Assembly (NCBI GenBank): GCA_964016885.1
Contig: OZ024742.1
Coordinates: forward strand, 202,244,001-202,308,000
Origin: Eledone cirrhosa
Taxonomy: Eukaryota
DNA length: 64,000 nucleotides
Direction of reading: 5' to 3'
Shown here piece after piece: positions 53,901-64,000 of the stretch. The position numbers and the translations under genes were made by a program. Numbering within the stretch: the stretch's first letter is position 1; each line of letters starts with the position of its first letter. Under the pieces are notes generated by a model, which was given only the letters and a program-made list of their open reading frames with translations, did no database searches and had not been told where the DNA came from.

Positions 53901-54071
53901 CGTGTGTTAGTGCGTTTGCGAGTATGTGCACGTGCGTATGTGTATGTATGTCTATTTGTGTATGTAAATGTACGGGGTCGATAAAATATTGTACCAGTAA
54001 TACACTGAGGCAATAGCTGTCCTTGTGCCTAAAGTAGAAACAATTATTAATATTCGAAAATCTCAGACTAC

Positions 54072-54107
<36 letters not shown>

Positions 54108-54968
54108 TCTGATTTTAAAAGACTCCTATATCTTAAATTAAAGAATCCTTTAATTAGATAGTTAGATATGTATATATATTTTTATAAGTGTGTATATATA
54201 TTTATATGTATATATTTTTGCGTGTGTATACGTGTTTTATAATATATAGATAGATCTTTAACAATATAATAATATATAGATTTCCTAATATATAGATCCC
54301 AATTTTTAATATGTTGATCTCAATATTTAACTGATTAACTAAACATCTAACCATATTTAAACAATGGTTAAATTTATCATATTATATATGTATATTCCAT
54401 TCATGATTATTAATATTTCTAAGTTTATTTATTCATTTCATCTAAATTGTTAAGATAACTCAACAAGATATGACTTAGAGTTTCTTCGTTCTCTCTCTTT
54501 TCTCTGTCTCCTCTCTCTCTCTATCTTTCTCTCTCTGTTGTTCTGATCTTTCTCTCTCTTTCCTTCTCAATCTTTTTATTTCACCGTAACCCAACGGCTT
54601 ATTTTAAAAATATCCAAAATAATTTTGAGATAGAGCGCCCGTGATGTTTGCTCTAATATATATTACCTAATAAATATAATTAAAGCCACAACTCCACTAT
54701 CCGGGAGCTTCCAACAGTAATGGTTGCATTCTTTAAGGGTATGTCAATATTTATTTATAAAACTGATCTATATTATATTTTATCTGATCAAAGCACACCA
54801 TAATTTAACTTGGTGTCCTTGAAATATGTATAATGAAATAAATATGGTTTTATAAATATAGTTTCCATTTGTTAATATCGTATTTTTACTCCAAATATTT
54901 GTTGAGTGCTTTATATCAGTTATAAAAATAATATGCTTGTTGTATCCCAACAATTTAAATAGAACTTT

Positions 54969-55051
<83 letters not shown>

Positions 55052-55258
55052 GCAAACATCACGGGCGCTCTATCTCAAAATTATTTTTGAAAAGCATTAG
55101 AAATGCACAACAGGTAAAAACTTAAAACTAAAACTGAATACTAACCAATACTTATCACTAATTTATACTTATTCCTAATTAAACAATTTTTCACTGGGAA
55201 AAATTTGTCAGCATTTTCTTTTCCTTTTACTAATATATATATATATAAATATATTTAT

Positions 55259-55388
55259 ATTATTTCTGAAGACAGCATATATATGTGTAGGTATGTATAT
55301 TCCCTCAGATAGTTTGTAAAATTTTTGCATAGATCTATATGATATACATACCAACACACATATATCCTAGAAACGATCGTAAAATGAT
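55259..55388 (+). ncRNA. Type I hammerhead ribozyme with an extended helix II of about 100 nt
   Basis: Helix I 5' strand ATTATTT (55259-65), core CTGAAGA (55266-72), long stem ATATATGTGT.GGTATGTATAT...ATATACATACC.ACACACATATAT, GAAA (55370-73), palindromic helix III ACGATCGT, GUA triplet, then helix I 3' strand AAATGAT (7 bp with one G-U). Mismatches at the base of helix II. Confidence 0.65.
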
Positions 55389-55442
55389 GATTTTTTTTAA
55401 TCTAAGCAACTGTTTCTTTGTTTTTATTCATTGCTTTAATTA

Positions 55443-55497
<55 letters not shown>

Positions 55498-55509
55498 TAT
55501 ATATATATC

Positions 55510-55690
55510 AAGAAAGAAGCAATTTAAAACTAGTTAGACCATTACTCAACTGAGTAATCGATACTTGGGTTAGTAGAGTATGGCTATATTATAAATAGTA
55601 AGGACTCTGTGCTCTTGAAGTTTCAACAGTTAACTGCAGTCTGGCACTAGCTGTTTAAATGGCAAAAGTTAAGCCGTCGTGCCTCGAGTC
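55510..55690 (-). mobile_element. Degenerate family B fold-back element
   Basis: TCGATACTTGGGTTAGTAGAGTA tail homology and GTTTCAACAG...CTAGCTGTTTAAA hairpin. Confidence 0.4.
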
Positions 55691-55704
55691 TCTCTCTCCC
55701 CCGC

Positions 55705-55760
<56 letters not shown>

Positions 55761-55775
55761 ACTCTCTCTCACTGC

Positions 55776-55855
<80 letters not shown>

Positions 55856-55860
<5 letters not shown>

Positions 55861-56047
55861 AACAAGTAAGATCCCGACGGCTGAGCTCAAGCCGTTTCGA
55901 CGGCTAATTCTGTACAGAATTAGTCGTCGAAACGGCTTGAGCTCAGCCGTCGGGGTCTTACTTGTTCCTATTACCCACTCTACTACCCTAAGTATTGAGT
56001 ACTTTGGTGCGTTATGGTCCACCTGGTTCCTTACCACATTTCCTTCG

Positions 56048-56051
<4 letters not shown>
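55856..56051 (+). mobile_element. Family A fold-back element, best-preserved copy
   Basis: Near-perfect palindrome with 58-bp arms at 55856-55971, centred on CTGTACAG. GAAAC at 55929-33, helix III ACGGCT/AGCCGT, GUC at 55949-51. Flanked by (TA)n. Confidence 0.7.
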
Positions 56052-56128
<77 letters not shown>

Positions 56129-56287
56129 CATATATATATATATTTATATATATGTAGATAAATCTACCAAGAGTTTACGGTAGTGTCCAATCCGTATGAA
56201 GAACTCAATGTATTCCGGATATCATGGAAAGAAGAGATGTAATGAAAAATCACTTTCGGTGAAAGATAAACGGAATACAGAGTCAAG

Positions 56288-56701
56288 ATAAAATATTAAA
56301 CAAATAATGAATAAAACAATGAAACAGTTCCTTATATTAAACAAAAAAAGTTCATTATTTAACGATCGTTTCTAGGATATATATGTGTTAGAATTGGCAT
56401 GCATATTCAACAGATCTATGTACAAAATTATACAAAATTATACAAACTATCAAGATTAAATATACATACCAAACACACATATATGCCGTCTTCAGGAAGA
56501 CGGCATATATGTGTGTTTGGTATGTATATTTAATCTTGATAGTTTGTATAATTTTGTATAATTTTGTACATAGATCTGTTGAATATGCATGCCAATTCTA
56601 ACACATATATATCCTAGAAACGATCGTTAAATAATGAACTTTTTTTGTTTAATATAAGGAACTGTTTCATTGTTTTATTCATTATTTGTTTAATATTTTA
56701 T
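56288..56701. repeat. Apparently perfect palindrome with 206-bp arms and a 2-nt loop, homologous to the 55259 hammerhead element
   Basis: Centre GCCGTCTTC-AG-GAAGACGGC (56485-56504). Arms are reverse-complementary out to 56288/56701. Confidence 0.9.
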
Positions 56702-56742
56702 ATTTATATATATATATATATGTACATATATATATATACATA

Positions 56743-56802
<60 letters not shown>

Positions 56803-56809
<7 letters not shown>

Positions 56810-56997
56810 AGAAATGTTAGCTAATATGTTAGCTAAGAACCCTCGAAGAAATGGAAAAAGATGAGTATTGACGTACCCATGTACGTCAATACTCATCTTT
56901 TTCCATTTCTCCGAGGGTTCTTAACCCCACTATCAGGCTAAATAATTTCTTTAATTTCTTTAGTCAAAATACGGCGATAGCTAACATTTCTAATAAT
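56803..56997. repeat. Nested hairpin insert in (TA)n
   Basis: Arms AAGAACCCTCG..GATGAGTATTGACGTAC / GTACGTCAATACTCATC..CGAGGGTTCTT (about 56835-56922). Outer IR ATTATTAGAAATGTTAGCTA / TAGCTAACATTTCTAATAAT. Confidence 0.8.
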
Positions 56998-57079
56998 TTC
57001 AAATCCACTCGCTGTTTCGAAAATATTCTTACTATATATATATATATATATATACAAATTTAGTCTGAGTTTTTCGAAT

Positions 57080-57275
57080 ATTAATAATTGTTTCTACTTT
57101 TGGCACAAGGCCAGCTATTCCCCCAGTGTATTACTGGTACTTTATTTTATCGGGCCCGTAAGGATGAAAGGCAAACTTAACCTTGGCGGGATTTGAACTC
57201 AGAATGGCAAGGGCCGTAATTCAATGTGTCAAAGCATGGTGTCCGACCCTCTACCTATACTGCCAATCCACCGCA
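57080..57275 (-). mobile_element. tRNA-derived SINE, same family as 41308
   Basis: CTGGTACTTTATTTTATCGGGCCCGTAAGGATGAAAGGCAAAC...GGCGGGATTTGAACTCAG...CCGACCCTCTACC..TACTGCCAATCCACCGC aligns by eye with 41380-41525. Confidence 0.78.
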
Positions 57276-57463
57276 AACAAACCACAATTTTATAGCCATG
57301 TCAATAGAATGAACACTTCATTCTTGCTCTTATGTTGGCATGCGAACAGAACTGTAGACACTAATTGCAAACGAATCGAATATTATTATTAACATTCGAA
57401 AAACTCAGACTACATTTATTGTATTCAGCCATGTAGAGCGAAATTTTCTTTTATATATATATA

Positions 57464-57556
57464 TACAGGGGTCCTCGAAAATGTATACACCATTCTAACA
57501 AATATTGATTCTACAGGTAATCAAAGTGTGTAAACATTTTGGGGGGACACCTTATG
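57464..57556. mobile_element. Tc1/mariner-like MITE
   Basis: TA-CAGGGGTCCTCGAAAATGTATACAC...GTGTAAACATTTTGGGGGGACACC termini; paralog of 50712. Confidence 0.55.
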
Positions 57557-57704
57557 TATATATAATCGTTAAGGCCAGTCATTACAACGGTACCATACCA
57601 GATACGTACGTTTCGTCAACCGTTTAAATCTCGCATAACCATTTAAATCTCTCTCTCTCTCTTCTCTATGTACGTATGTATCTATATATACACTATATTA
57701 TATA

Positions 57705-57825
57705 TAATACGTTATATATAATACATGGTAAATTGGCGTATAACTTGCTAGGTAGAAGCAAGTTGCTTCGGGAAACTCCGCGTACCAAGCAAGTTATACA
57801 CTTGTTTGCCATGTTATATATAATA
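57705..57825 (+). repeat. Imperfect hairpin with a hammerhead-like 3' half at its centre
   Basis: CATGGTAAA..GTATAACTTGCTAGGTA / TACCAAGCAAGTTATAC..TTTGCCATG. Centre GAAGCAAGTTGCTTC-GG-GAAAC-TCCGC-GTA. Confidence 0.45.
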
Positions 57826-58276
57826 TAGTATATGTTTACCTCTATTATTGCATATTTGGGGGCTCTCTCTTGAATGATGACAACCACACATACAAGCAAC
57901 TATATATATACACATATATATATACATATCACATATATACATATATATCAGGGCGTTTGAAGCATTTGTGAACGGGAGGGGTGGGGTGCAAATTTGGTCA
58001 ATTTAGCTGTAGTGATTAGTTTACCTCTTTGTACTCTATAATAGTCAGACAACTTTACACATAAATTGTACCGCATATCCAAATAGATCTGTGTTTTGGT
58101 AGTTTGGGGAGAAAATATAATTAGGGAAGGAAAGGAGCATGCCTCCATCCAGTTCCACAGCCTCTCTCTATATATATATATAATTTTAAACAACATTATA
58201 CTCGGTAACTTATATAAATATTTCGAGCTTCTTCATATTTGGGAATAAACTGGTATTACACCCAATTTATTCCTCT

Positions 58277-58319
<43 letters not shown>

Positions 58320-58323
<4 letters not shown>

Positions 58324-58730
58324 GGGGGTTGCTTGTAAAAAAATCTGAAAAATTAATAAGCGGGGATAGTGGTGAGACGATTATTCAAGCCCTGAGAGTA
58401 CGTGAATTATTGATGTACTTAAGAATGAAAACTCAATACCAAAGTAGAGTTTAAATATTGATTTATTATAGCTAAGCGATGAGCCTTGTTACTCTGGAGT
58501 TTCACCTGCGCACTTACAGAATCACTAGTCTAGTCTGATCATCCTATGAGTATGCAGGTCAGACTCCAGAGGATCAAGGCTCATCACTTATTAATATTTA
58601 AACTCCACTTTGGTATTGAGCTTTCATTCTTAATAATTCACGTAGTCTCAGGTCTTGAATAATCGTCTCACCACACCACCACCCCCGCTTATTAATTATT
58701 CAGATTTTTTACAACCAACCCCCATTTCTA
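58320..58730. repeat. Imperfect palindrome with arms of about 190 bp and a hammerhead 3' half on the minus strand
   Basis: GGGGGTTG.TTGTAAAAAA.TCTGA...ACTCAATACCAAAGT...GATGAGCCTTG..CTCTGGAGT is mirrored on the right. Minus strand reads helix ..GCGCAGGT-GAAAC-TCCAGA-GTA. Confidence 0.7.
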
Positions 58731-59129
58731 TAACGCCCCCGCCCCCCACACACACACATTTATTAACTTTTGCTAATCTATCTCCGGTGAAATTTTATTG
58801 TAAGGGATTCATATTGATACAGCCGCCGATAAAAAAAAAGTACATTCCAATAAATCTCATATTTACGAACGTACACTATTCAGTTACTAATTTCCCAAGC
58901 CAACCCGCCTTATTGCCACCCCTCTTATTATTTAGGACCCGAGAGTACCACGAAACTCTCCTTCTCTGTATGTCTATCACAAAAATTCTATTTTAATTCC
59001 CTTCTCTGTATCTACGAAAACCGAAATTTCTCCCTCTCTGTATCTAACATTTATACACTCACCTCTCTGTAAATATCCACACTAATCTCTCCCAATCCCC
59101 CTCTCTATATCTACTAAACGATACTCACG

Positions 59130-62100
59130 TTTGGTAGTTTACTGCGGCTATCGGCGGTTCATTGAAGCAGGAAAAGTAAAAGTGAATTACAAAGTAAAAC
59201 ATTTATGAAAAATCGAATCAAACTAAATATTTGCTGCTTGAATGTTAGAACTCTTCTGGACCAAAATTCATCAAACCGACCAGAAAGAAGAACCGCACTT
59301 GTAACAAAGGAACTCCAAAGATTAAATATAGATATAGCAGCCTTGTCAGAAACACGTCTATCAGGGTGTGATCAGCTGACTGAAGCATCATCAGGTTTTA
59401 CACTTTTCTGGACAGGAAAAACAAAAGGAGAACGGCGAGATGGTGGTGTGGGTTATATAGTGCGAGAAACTCTAGCACATTTGGAATACCCCTCTAGAAT
59501 AAGTGACCGTAAAATGAAGTTGCATGTGCGCGATGTGCAACAATTCTGTCAGTTTATGCTCCAACTCTCCAGGCCAGTGAAGAAAGTATTATGACATTCT
59601 ATGAATCCCTTCGTGCTACAATTGCATCTACTCCAGTCGAAGAAAAGTGATCATTCTTGGTGAATTCAATGCCCGAGTTGGCAGAGACCATGAGAAATGG
59701 GATGCACTAGGCCATTACAGCATCGGTAAGATGAATGCCAATCGTTTGAAGCTGCTTGAGCTCTGTTCAGAACTCAACCTAGCAATTTGCAATACATTCT
59801 TCCGCCAAAAGAAAAAGCATAAAGTTACCTGGATACACCCAAGGTCAAACGATGGCCACATGATAGATTTAATAGTAACCTGGAGATGCGACCTGAATGA
59901 TGTCTGTAATGTGCGTGTCATGCGTAGTGCAGAATGCTATACAGACCATAAGATGGTGCGGGGATGTTTAAGTTACGTATTCGGAAAAAATCTTATATGT
60001 GTGGGATCAAAACACTGATACGTATTGATGTTAGAATGTTAAAACAGCAAGAGGTACGTGAATAATCTTTTGAACAATAGTAACTTCGATGGAACGTGGA
60101 TAAACTTCAGGGATCAATTGTATACAGCAGGAGCAAAAGAACTTGGATTCAGGGCAGAAAACCAACATAAAGACTGGTCTGATGAAAATAATCTGGTTAT
60201 CAGCCAACTATTAAATAAAAAAATATGCTCTTCATGAAAAGCTTCTGGGGGAGTGTCCTACGAATTTAACTGCTATTAAAAAGATATATAAAGAGTATAA
60301 AGCCACCTTACAACGCGAGCTTAGAAGGCTTAAAAATAAATGATTGTTGAAGATCTCTGAAAATATTCAAAGTGCTTATAGCGTAAAAGATTTAAAACTG
60401 TTTTATAGTCTTTTGCGTGCAGTATATGGTCCAACAACTACGCCTTTTGTTCCCATAAAATCCAAAGACGACACTGCCATCATCAAGGAATCAGAGAAAA
60501 TCCTTAAGCGTTGGCAAGAACATTTCTCTGATTTATTTGATAATCCATCATCAATTAATCATGATGTGCTAGATGGCATCCCCCAATGTGTTGTAAAATT
60601 TTAAATGGATGGATTACCAGATTATAATGAGGTTAACATGGCCATCAACCAGTTAAACATGGGTAAGGCACCTGGATCAGATGGAATCCCTGTAGAAGTC
60701 TTAAAGGCTGGTAATAAGAACATAACACAAACAATACTCCATCTCATCTCAGAGTACTGGGCTGGAGCTCCTATACCACGAGATTGGATAGATAGTATCT
60801 TGGTGACCTTGTTAAAAGGTAAAGAGGATAAAGGAATCTGCGATCACTCTGTTAGAGTCTGTGGGCAAAGTACTTGCTAGATTATTGTTGAATAGGTTGA
60901 TGGAGATCATTTGTCCTACAGTTATCCTGAATCCCAAAGTGGATTTAGATCTGGCAGAGGGATGATTGATATGATCTTCTCTGACTGCACAGAATATGAA
61001 GGCTCGGGTTGTCTTGATTGGAGAATTTTCAAATGAAATCGCAGTTGATAATGGCGTGAATAGGGAGATATACCGGCTCCCACATTGTTTTCAATAGTTT
61101 TGCTGTGATGCTGACTCATGCATTCCAGGACTGTGCAAAGTGTGTTCTATTGCAAGTTAGAACTACAGGAAGGATCTTTGAGAAAAAAAGTTCGATTTCA
61201 AATCCAAGGTGTTCCAAATATTAATTAGAGAACTCTTGTATGCAGACGATGTTAATTTTCTGGCTCACTCTCAAGATGACATGCAACACATCAAGGATTG
61301 ATTTGCAGCCTCATTTAATGCCTTTGGCATGAAAATTAATCTAAAAAAGCCCACGTAATGTTCACCCCATCACCAGGGGAAACATATATTGTGCCAAATA
61401 TAATGGTGGATGGACTAGGTTGAGTGAAGTTGACACTTTTGTTTACCTGGATAGTGCATTACCAAGGGATGGTTCACTGGATGCAGAAATACACCTGCGC
61501 ATCCAGAAAGCTTCTATAGCCTTCGTAAAACTTGAAAAGAGAGTGTGGGAGGATCACGGCATCAATATCAAGACCAAGATTAGTGTGTACAAGGCCTACA
61601 TTCTGTGTGCTCTGCTGTACTCTTCGGAAACGTGGACAATATATCGTAGACACTTTCATTTGCTTGAACTTTAATCAAAAGTGTTTAATACGAATCATGA
61701 ACATCAAATGGCAACAAAGAGGGGTAAATGGAGAGGACATGTAAAAGAAGGTTACAGGATGTTTTAAGTTTTTCATGATCAAGACTTAAACGTCAGCTTC
61801 GAAAAGGCCACAGTATGAACCTCAATAAAAACATAGGAAGGTGGATTTGTGAGGTGTGTGGTCGTTTACTGCTCTCCAAATCTGGGTACATCACTCAATT
61901 AAAATCATATAAAACCCAACTGTATGCAGCTTTATCCCGCCAATGCTAGGTGAGACAACATGTGTGGTGTGCAAAAGGATCTGTAAATCAATCTCTGGTC
62001 CTAAAAGGTGAATAAGGATGTCATCCCACAAACTGACCCAATCAATCAAGAGAGCACTTATTTTGTCTGTTACATTTGCTGCAGACGATGCAAATCTAAT

Positions 62101-62200
62101 GGTGGATTTAAAAGCAACCTATGGGGCATGGATGGACGTTTGGAGTTGGTGACGGTTGGTGGAGGTACATAGGGAGACGGCAATCATCTGCAAAAATAAA
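59130..62200 (+). mobile_element. Decayed near full-length RTE-clade LINE (APE endonuclease, RT and C-terminal C2H2 fingers)
   Basis: LNVRTLLD..RPERRTALV..IDIAALSETR, IILGEFNARVG, TWIHPRS..HMID, TDH, GKAPGSDGIP, ESQSGFRSGRGMIDMIF, ELLYADD (61239-61250), FVYLDS, LLYSSETW. Many stops, frameshifts and internal deletions. Confidence 0.93.
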
Positions 62201-62243
62201 TTAATCACCATAATATGTATACACACACACATACACACACACG

Positions 62244-62367
<124 letters not shown>

Positions 62368-62801
62368 AATTTTTTTTTTTTTTTTTTCTGGTATATGTTG
62401 GTTGTTTACCGACATCGCAATATACAGATCGGAACACTCGCCGAAGTACGCAGGTTGGTTTGTTTACTCCGGAGTAATGTAAAATAAAATAAGTAAGTCA
62501 AACATGTAAATTTGGCTTCGTTTATTATAAATTCTCTGCTATATATATTTCGGTGACAGCTATTATTGTCTGTGACCTCTTCAGGCAGTACGAATTAATG
62601 TGGAAAGGACAGGTAAACATGTTGTTGAAATGTATTCCACTCTGTCAATACATCGATATATCCATATGCTGGGTGTGTTGTTAGTCCTCCTAGGAACTGG
62701 AATCATATCCACATTAATTTGTACTGCCAATAATAGCTGTTACCGAAGAGAATTTATGAGCGTTTATAATAAACGAAACCAAACTTTACATGTTTGACTT
62801 A

Positions 62802-62896
<95 letters not shown>

Positions 62897-62898
62897 AC

Positions 62899-62947
<49 letters not shown>

Positions 62948-63432
62948 ATGCCAGATTAAAACTAATATATCCTTATATTGGTGTACTCTTAAGCCAATGT
63001 TTCCCAAGTCGTGTTTTTTTATTCACACTGCATGTTGTTCCTATATTCGAAAGTTTATGGTAAAACACTTGCACTGTATTCTAGAGACACGGGGTTCGTT
63101 TTCGAGTAGGCTCTTCAATCCACTTCTTTCCGTCTTAGAGAGTAATTTACCTAATTTTCTCATATATTATTTATAATGTTCGACTACTATCATTTATTTT
63201 ATTCGCTTGGGACTGCCATAATTTCAATATTCAAAAGATATATTTATGCATATCAATATAAAGGAAGAAATAGAGAAATAGAAATAAAGGAAGAAATAGA
63301 GAACTGAAAATACAGAACCATTATTTGTAAATTTTCTTTAGTCAATAAATTGGACAAAGTTGACAATTTAAAAACCTGGCCTTGGTACTTTAAGGCAATG
63401 TTTGCAATCTTAGTTTGTTTTCCACTTTCACA

Positions 63433-64000
63433 TACGAAGGTCGACTGAAAAACTCATAGGCTGACAAAGATACTTTCAAGGAATGTGATCAAATGATCTT
63501 TATTTTTCAACGTAGTCCCCCTTGCAGTCAACATACTTCTTCCATCTGTGTTGCAGTGCTTGGTTCCCGTTAGTGAAGAAGCTTTCATCATGTTGGTGAA
63601 CAAGGTCATCAACAGCAGATATAACGTCATCATCACTGCAATATTGGCTCCCAGAGAAGTTGGGTTTTTTTTTACATATTGGGGACCATAATGAGATGAG
63701 GGCAAATCAGGAGAATAGCGAGGGTGATCAACTAGTTGAAAAACACTGTCATGCATAGCATACATTGAAACCAAAGAGTTATGTGCTGGATTATTTCGTA
63801 ACTTTCTCGGCAAGCTGGCATAGTACTCCTCATTGTTCGTGTGGCCCTTTTGCATCAAAACAAACCAAGGCCATCAATTTCCCTGCAGATGAAATGAATT
63901 TGGCCTTCTTTGGAGCAAATGTGGCGGGATGTTTCCATCAAATGGATTGTTTCTTTGTCTCTGGCTCAATGTGATGAACACAACACAACCTGGATTAGGA
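63433..64000 (-). mobile_element. Decayed mariner transposon 3' part with TIR, truncated by the window end
   Basis: Minus strand HHIEPETKKQS, PKKAKFISSAGKLMALVCFDAKG, YYASL and HPRYSPDLPSS (the YSPDLAPSD motif). TA plus TIR CGAAGGTCGACTGAAAAACTCATAGGCTGAC at 63433. Confidence 0.88.

Overview
Eukaryotic, AT- and microsatellite-rich DNA, probably from a cephalopod or other mollusc (inferred from the nAChR sequence, SINE type and repeat load). Positions 1-41275 are one giant minisatellite with a 21-bp unit, GTT GAT GTT GGT GTT GTT AWT, derived from (GTT)n. It is organised into nested higher-order duplications (periods of about 1.5, 2.5, 3.5, 4.0, 4.8, 10.3 and 25.7 kb) and runs off the left edge. 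The only host gene seen is the first coding exon of a nicotinic acetylcholine receptor subunit (minus strand, 43130-42879, perfect GTGAGT donor), so the array most likely lies in the following intron of more than 42 kb. The upstream 21 kb holds decayed transposons: an RTE 3' fragment, a Naiad-type Penelope fragment with a hammerhead ribozyme, a possible Tx1/L1 tail, a near full-length decayed RTE, a mariner fragment, tRNA-derived SINEs and MITEs. The most striking pattern is a set of short (TA)n-embedded fold-back elements from several families whose palindrome axis repeatedly falls on hammerhead-ribozyme helix II or the CUGAAGA core. One apparently complete hammerhead with a roughly 100-nt helix II is also present. 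The long ORFs in the satellite and microsatellites are artefacts.
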